A stretch of DNA of 64,000 bases from an uncultured virus (IMG/VR IMGVR_UViG_3300031688_000006) (Duplodnaviria; Heunggongvirae; Uroviricota; Caudoviricetes), in IMG/VR virus record IMGVR_UViG_3300031688_000006, one strand, 5' to 3'. The notes beneath the pieces are model-generated. The model was given only the letters and a program-made list of their open reading frames with translations, did not search any database and was not told where the DNA came from. How positions within the stretch are numbered: position 1 is the stretch's first letter; every line of letters starts with the position of its first letter. This document shows, one piece after another, positions 59,605 through 64,000 of this stretch. The position numbers and the translations under genes were made by a program.

Positions 59605-59857
59605 CGAAACAGTAGATAGACAGAGGAGATTAATCCTAGCACACGAATGGGCAAATGGCGTTAAGTCGCTTCATGCACATTCATTAACATCTTGTTGGTA
59701 TGATACTAGGGGTAACGATGGTTCGGTACTCGATATAGAATTCAATAATGGTGTTGTCAAGAGAGAAGTTAGAGAGACAGGCGAAATTGTTTTCTTTGGC
59801 GAACCTCTCAATGATGAAGAACTCCTTAAAACTTTCGGAGCTCATACAGGAAAGTAA
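59591..59857 (+). CDS. Hypothetical protein
   Basis: Fits tightly in the operon before gp62. Confidence 0.55.
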   Translation: MTQYNETVDRQRRLILAHEWANGVKSLHAHSLTSCWYDTRGNDGSVLDIEFNNGVVKREVRETGEIVFFGEPLNDEELLKTFGAHTGK

Positions 59858-60250
59858 ATGTCCAAACGAAATCCTTTCGACTTCGTTAAGTCGGTCTCTT
59901 ACGACAAAAAAGATATCATGGTTGATGATATCGAAGAGAAAGCATATCAACCATTCCTAATCAATAAGGCATTATCTTATCACCAAGATGCAGTCTTTCT
60001 AGTAAACGAGATGAATACCAGACATAGCACTGGCCACCGTCTTCAATACTGTTTTTTCATAAATACTCTTAGAAAACGACAAAGATTTTCTAAATGGCAC
60101 AAACCTTTCGAAAGTAAGAAAGTGGAAACTGTAAAGAGCGCCTTCGGTGTCTCTTCACAAAGGGCCAAAGAATATCTTGAGTTATTAAGTGATAAACAGT
60201 ATCGTGACTTGAAAGACAGTATGAAAATTGGTGGAAAGAATAATGGATGA
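59858..60250 (+). CDS. gp62: Clamp loader small subunit gp62
   Basis: Y.PF.IN..LS...D.....NEMN, Q..F..N..RKR.RFSKW. Confidence 0.9.
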   Translation: MSKRNPFDFVKSVSYDKKDIMVDDIEEKAYQPFLINKALSYHQDAVFLVNEMNTRHSTGHRLQYCFFINTLRKRQRFSKWHKPFESKKVETVKSAFGVSSQRAKEYLELLSDKQYRDLKDSMKIGGKNNG

Positions 60251-60653
60251 CTTATTAGAATCAGTAAAAGACTTAGTAGAAATAACATTTCCTGAAAAGG
60301 ATGACTTCTTAAAGATAAGAGAAACTCTATCTAGAATAGGTGTAGCGTCTCGAAAAGAAAAGGAACTCTTTCAGTCATGTCATATACTACACAAAAGGGG
60401 CAAGTACTACATTGTCCACTTCAAAGAGTTATTCAAACTCGATGGCAAACAAACAAACTTTGACGAATCAGATGTCGCTAGACGAAACACTATTGTCGAT
60501 TTATTAAGACAATGGAACCTTGTCAAGGTACTTGACTCAAAGAAAATAGAAGAGCCTAGAGCGCCACTCTCTCAGATTAAGGTTATACCTTATAAAGAAA
60601 AGAGTCAGTGGAAACTCACACAAAAATACTCAATAGGCACTAACATAAACTAA
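60243..60653 (+). CDS. regA: Translational repressor RegA
   Basis: DDFLKIRETL.RIGVASRK...L.QSCHILHK.G.YYIVHFKELF.LDG. Confidence 0.95.
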   Translation: MDDLLESVKDLVEITFPEKDDFLKIRETLSRIGVASRKEKELFQSCHILHKRGKYYIVHFKELFKLDGKQTNFDESDVARRNTIVDLLRQWNLVKVLDSKKIEEPRAPLSQIKVIPYKEKSQWKLTQKYSIGTNIN

Positions 60654-60692
60654 ATATCCTTGTTATAAATCAATTAATAACAGGAGTATTAT

Positions 60693-60866
60693 ATGTTGGA
60701 ATTTCTTCAATGGATAATTGCTTGGGTACAAGTGTTACCTTGGTTAGTAATGGGTGCATCTCTAGTTGCAGCTCTTACACCTACACCAGTTGATGATGGC
60801 ATAGTCAAGAAAGCTTATAAACTGCTTGATTGGGTCGCATTAAATGTTGGAAAAGCAAAGGACTAA
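60693..60866 (+). CDS. Small membrane protein (57 aa, holin-like TPTPxDD family), not in ORF track
   Basis: AGGAG SD; GASLVAALTPTPVDD...LDWVALNVGKAK. Confidence 0.6.
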   Translation: MLEFLQWIIAWVQVLPWLVMGASLVAALTPTPVDDGIVKKAYKLLDWVALNVGKAKD

Positions 60867-60886
60867 AAAGTTCTATAAAAACCCCC

Positions 60887-60915
60887 TTTACAAATCAATG
60901 GAACTTCGATATACT
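60887..60915 (+). promoter_or_regulatory. Sigma70-type promoter
   Basis: TTTACA-N17-TATACT. Confidence 0.6.
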
Positions 60916-60945
60916 GGAGATTCATAATTTCAATAGGAGTATATT

Positions 60946-61236
60946 ATGGAATACGCAATTGCAATTGTAGTGTTATTTGTTATTGTTTACGCTTATCTCA
61001 ATAGAGATGAAAGTGGTACTACAACTTCATCGGCTCCTGCTCCGGTTTCAAAACCAAGAGTAGTAAAGTCTGGTGTTGTTGTAGATAAAAACAATAATGG
61101 TGTTACATCTAAGGCTGAACTTAAGACATTAACTAAAGTCCAGTTACTAGAACTTGCTGATAAACAATCACTGAAGGTAAAACGAAGTGGTTCTAAGGCA
61201 GCTGTAATCAACGAGATACACTCGCAGTTAAAGTAA
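60946..61236 (+). CDS. Membrane-anchored protein with C-terminal Rho-N/HeH-like motif
   Basis: N-terminal TM; L..LTK.QL.ELA....L.......K..VI..I. Confidence 0.6.
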   Translation: MEYAIAIVVLFVIVYAYLNRDESGTTTSSAPAPVSKPRVVKSGVVVDKNNNGVTSKAELKTLTKVQLLELADKQSLKVKRSGSKAAVINEIHSQLK

Positions 61237-61254
61237 GTCCTCACAAGGACACTG

Positions 61255-61283
61255 AAAGGGACTCATCTGAGTCCCTTTTTTTT
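61255..61283 (+). terminator. Intrinsic terminator
   Basis: AAAGGGACTCA-TC-TGAGTCCCTTT plus T-tract. Confidence 0.88.
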
Positions 61284-61307
61284 AGCCTCTAGATAACAGT
61301 CAATTTG

Positions 61308-61315
61308 TATAAATA
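61308..61315 (+). promoter_or_regulatory. Late promoter heading the curli-like operon
   Basis: TATAAATA just upstream of the 61321 start. Confidence 0.7.
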
Positions 61316-61320
61316 AGAGT

Positions 61321-61617
61321 ATGGAAGAGATTTTTAATCTAATAGGTGAAGTGGGTGCCCCAATTGCAGGAAGTATTCTGATGGGTTTCTTCATCTTTAT
61401 AGTCATCAAACAGATACTAGAAGGTGTAGTAGACTCAATATCGACTTTAACAATGTTTTGTAAGTCGTTAGAGAATAGGGCAAGAACCATGTCAAACGAA
61501 ATGATTAAGATAGACCTGTTAGTTTCATCAGCGTTGGAATTAAGACCAGACATAGAACGAATCGCTAGAGCAGAGAACTTCATAGAAGACGAAAAACTAG
61601 ATGTAAGGAGAGATTGA
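61321..61617 (+). CDS. Membrane protein with coiled coil (paralogue of next gene)
   Basis: I..VG.PI...MGFFIF.VI. Confidence 0.65.
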   Translation: MEEIFNLIGEVGAPIAGSILMGFFIFIVIKQILEGVVDSISTLTMFCKSLENRARTMSNEMIKIDLLVSSALELRPDIERIARAENFIEDEKLDVRRD

Positions 61618-61886
61618 TGGATATCGCTCAAGTTATATCTGATTACGGATTCCCAATAGTCATGTCAGTAGGACTTGGCTATTTCATATATTATATTTGG
61701 TGGTTTGTAGGTGAAAAACTAGAACCCGAAATTGAAAAGATGCATTTTCAATTGATTAAAGTAATAGACCAGACAAGAATGTTAGACCAAGATTTGATAA
61801 GATTACAACAGAAAGTTGATGTAGTTTTAGAAATGAAGGAGAATATGAAAGTACAAAGGTTACAAGAAGAGGCGAAACGAAAATGA
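61617..61886 (+). CDS. Membrane protein with coiled coil
   Basis: I.DYGFPI...LGYFIYYIW; RMLDQDLIRL..KV. Confidence 0.65.
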   Translation: MDIAQVISDYGFPIVMSVGLGYFIYYIWWFVGEKLEPEIEKMHFQLIKVIDQTRMLDQDLIRLQQKVDVVLEMKENMKVQRLQEEAKRK

Positions 61887-62371
61887 ACAAATATTTAGTC
61901 ACAGCAATACTATTCGGTGGAATATTCTTTATGAGCGCTATAAGTGCTGATATCGTACACAAATTTAAGAACCCTAGTTTCAGTGGTCAAGGTACTGCAT
62001 CTCATTACCTAACTGTTGAGAACCAAGAGTTCACAAGAAAAAAAGAAATCATGGATTCACTTGAAGCTGCAAGAAAGGCTGCCGAGAGAGCTGAAGACAA
62101 TACAACCATGGCAAAATTTATTCGTAACCTAGAGAGTAGAATCTATTCTCAGATGGCAAAACAATTAGTCGAATCAATGTTTTCAAACGATGGTTCAGTA
62201 AGATTTGGTTCATTTGTTCTAGAAGGAAATACAGTAACTTATGAGGTTATAACCAATGACGATGGTACAGAGATGATTAGAATGACTATTATTGCTGAAG
62301 ACGGAACGACCTCAGTTATTGAGATACCTGTAGGAACTGGAAACTTTGGCCAAGACCCAGACTTGGGATAA
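61883..62371 (+). CDS. csgF: Curli assembly component CsgF-like
   Basis: Signal peptide then IVHKFKNPSFSG (CsgF NPxFGG-like); F..NL.SRIYSQ.A.QL. Confidence 0.8.
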   Translation: MNKYLVTAILFGGIFFMSAISADIVHKFKNPSFSGQGTASHYLTVENQEFTRKKEIMDSLEAARKAAERAEDNTTMAKFIRNLESRIYSQMAKQLVESMFSNDGSVRFGSFVLEGNTVTYEVITNDDGTEMIRMTIIAEDGTTSVIEIPVGTGNFGQDPDLG

Positions 62372-62374
62372 TAG

Positions 62375-63346
62375 ATGATAACTAGATTCATATTATCTGC
62401 CTTACTTCTCCTGACAGGATGTGCCTCAATACCTCAGTGGAGTGAAGACCCTAAAGATTGTAACTATGAGAATGGTTTCAACAAAGATGTATTCACTGGC
62501 ATAAACAAAGTAATGTCCAGAAAATACATTTGTATTGACCAACCAACTGTTGTTAGATTGCCTTCTCATTTGGCATTATTGAATCTTCCTGCTGCTGACC
62601 AAAAACCTGTTGTCGCAGTATACAATTTTATAGATAAGACAGGTCAAAGAAAACCAGAGAGTAATCTCGCATCATTCTCTACTGCTGTAACTCAAGGTGC
62701 AACCGAAATGGTTATTGATGCACTCAAAACGGCAGGTAACGGACAATGGTTTAGAGTTGTTGAGAGAAACGGTATAGACAACTTAGTTCGAGAAAGACAG
62801 ATTATTAGAAGTGCAAGAAAAGATTTCGCCAAGGCAAGTGGCGAAGAGAAGTACCAAGAATTAGCGCCATTACTATTTGCAGGAATTGTAATAGAAGGTG
62901 GCATAATAGGCTATGATTCCAATTTACTAACAGGTGGTCGAGGTGCAAGAACCCTCGGGATTGGTTTTAGTCGACAGTATCGTCAAGATGCTGTTACAGT
63001 TTCTATGAGGGCAGTTAGTGTTCTCACAGGCGAAGTTTTGTTAAATGTCCAAACGAGAAAGACTATCCTTTCTTATGGTTCAGGTGGAGATGTATTCCGA
63101 TTCATTGAAGAAGGAACACAACTTATCGAAATTGAGGACGGAGTGGGTAATAATGAGTCCGTGACATACGCAGTACGAACAGCTATCGAGGCTGCCGTAC
63201 TGGAATTAATCTACCAAGGACACGATAGGCGTCTTTGGAAAATAAAGGACGGTCATCGACATCCTCATGAGGCTTCAGGTAAAAATGAGTTACATGAGTT
63301 AGAAGATGATTCTACTTTATCAACAGGAGAAGAAGAAAATGAATAA
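62375..63346 (+). CDS. csgG: Curli secretion channel CsgG
   Basis: Lipobox LTGC; VAVYNF.D.TGQRKP, FSTAVTQG, WF.VVER..IDNL..ERQIIR, EGGIIGYDSN..TGG.GAR.LGIG. Confidence 0.92.
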   Translation: MITRFILSALLLLTGCASIPQWSEDPKDCNYENGFNKDVFTGINKVMSRKYICIDQPTVVRLPSHLALLNLPAADQKPVVAVYNFIDKTGQRKPESNLASFSTAVTQGATEMVIDALKTAGNGQWFRVVERNGIDNLVRERQIIRSARKDFAKASGEEKYQELAPLLFAGIVIEGGIIGYDSNLLTGGRGARTLGIGFSRQYRQDAVTVSMRAVSVLTGEVLLNVQTRKTILSYGSGGDVFRFIEEGTQLIEIEDGVGNNESVTYAVRTAIEAAVLELIYQGHDRRLWKIKDGHRHPHEASGKNELHELEDDSTLSTGEEENE

Positions 63347-64000
63347 AATTTTAAGTATTTTATTGCTAATGTCGACACCATTCGTTTTTGCCGCTGCTAC
63401 TGATGATAACGAAGTTATGGTAACCCAAGTTGGAGACACATTGAAATTATATGTAGACCAAATTGGTTTTGGTAACAAAATGGGACTGAATAACTTCAGT
63501 TCTGGTTCCGGTGCAAATATGACCGTAACTGGTGTTTCCATGGAATTCGATATCGACATGATAGGTAACCAAAACTTACTGTTTGGTCCGGTCATTGCTG
63601 ATTCATCAAAGTACCGTGTATTAATGACAGGTTCAAGTAACTCTATCGATTGGAACATTGGTGCCACCGGTTCAGCTGACGACTCAGACATTAATTTCAA
63701 CATGACTGGAAGTTCAAATACATATGATTTGGACCAAGGAAAGGTTGCAACCGCAGAGAGACTCAATGCAGATTTAGTCCTTATCGGAAGTAGTAATGTT
63801 TGGGATATAGATTGGGAGGCAAACGATTTAACATGGAACTTTGATGTTACTGGTGCTTCTAATAATATCAATACATTGCAGAAAGATGGTGCTCATACAA
63901 TTAATTTTGACCACACTGGCGACAGTGCTGACGTTGACATAATCCAGGTATCTGGTACATGTGTCTCAGGCGGCGGAGGGTGTGCAACACCTAATTCAAA
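63339..64000 (+). CDS. Secreted curlin-like repeat protein, truncated by window end, not in ORF track
   Basis: MNKILSILLLMSTPFVFA signal peptide; recurring xGxxN turns (QIGFGN, MIGNQN, MTGSSN x2, LIGSSN, VTGASN); open frame to 64000. Confidence 0.65.
   Translation, partial: MNKILSILLLMSTPFVFAAATDDNEVMVTQVGDTLKLYVDQIGFGNKMGLNNFSSGSGANMTVTGVSMEFDIDMIGNQNLLFGPVIADSSKYRVLMTGSSNSIDWNIGATGSADDSDINFNMTGSSNTYDLDQGKVATAERLNADLVLIGSSNVWDIDWEANDLTWNFDVTGASNNINTLQKDGAHTINFDHTGDSADVDIIQVSGTCVSGGGGCATPNS

Noticed and set aside
368..63871. Minus-strand ORFs and short alternative-frame + ORFs in the track (e.g. 13582-13863, 20731-21357, 24412-24798, 63320-63871)
   Set aside because: They lie within well-supported + strand genes and are shadows of codon bias or repeats, with no recognisable motifs
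1..64000. tRNA or rRNA genes
   Set aside because: No cloverleaf with T-loop GTTCRA and matching acceptor stem recognised in the intergenic gaps; a tRNAscan-SE run would be needed to exclude them formally

Overview
This is an AT-rich 64-kb segment of a T4-like (Tevenvirinae/Kyanoviridae-type) myophage, probably marine; the host cannot be assigned from sequence alone. All real genes are on the + strand. Gene order: baseplate (gp7 end, gp8) > giant DUF4815/VrlC-like virion protein > a 16-kb fibre/adhesin region > glycosyltransferase and 2OG-Fe(II) oxygenase cluster > gp13-gp23 head/tail core > gp3, uvsY, uvsW, gp55, gp47, gp46 > peptide deformylase > CobT/CobS-like pair > gp45, gp44, gp62, regA > curli-type secretion genes (csgF, csgG, curlin-like ORF running off the end). 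The standout feature is in the fibre region. Two pairs of adjacent genes (11924-13561 with 13561-14673, and 22235-24196 with 24243-25571) encode Pro-anchored repeat arrays. The irregular unit-length pattern of one gene is the exact mirror image of the other (316 vs 316 aa; 418 vs 418 aa over 55 units), with position-by-position complementary residues (RSPxTYxH opposite QEPNIRxQ, swapping together) and matched tandem duplications. The genes are not DNA inverted repeats, so the symmetry is at protein level and suggests a long antiparallel heterodimeric 'protein duplex' fibre. Each pair follows a tail fibre gene; one is capped by a globular domain, the other by a Hint (intein-like) autoprocessing domain. 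All annotations are by eye; no database searches were run.
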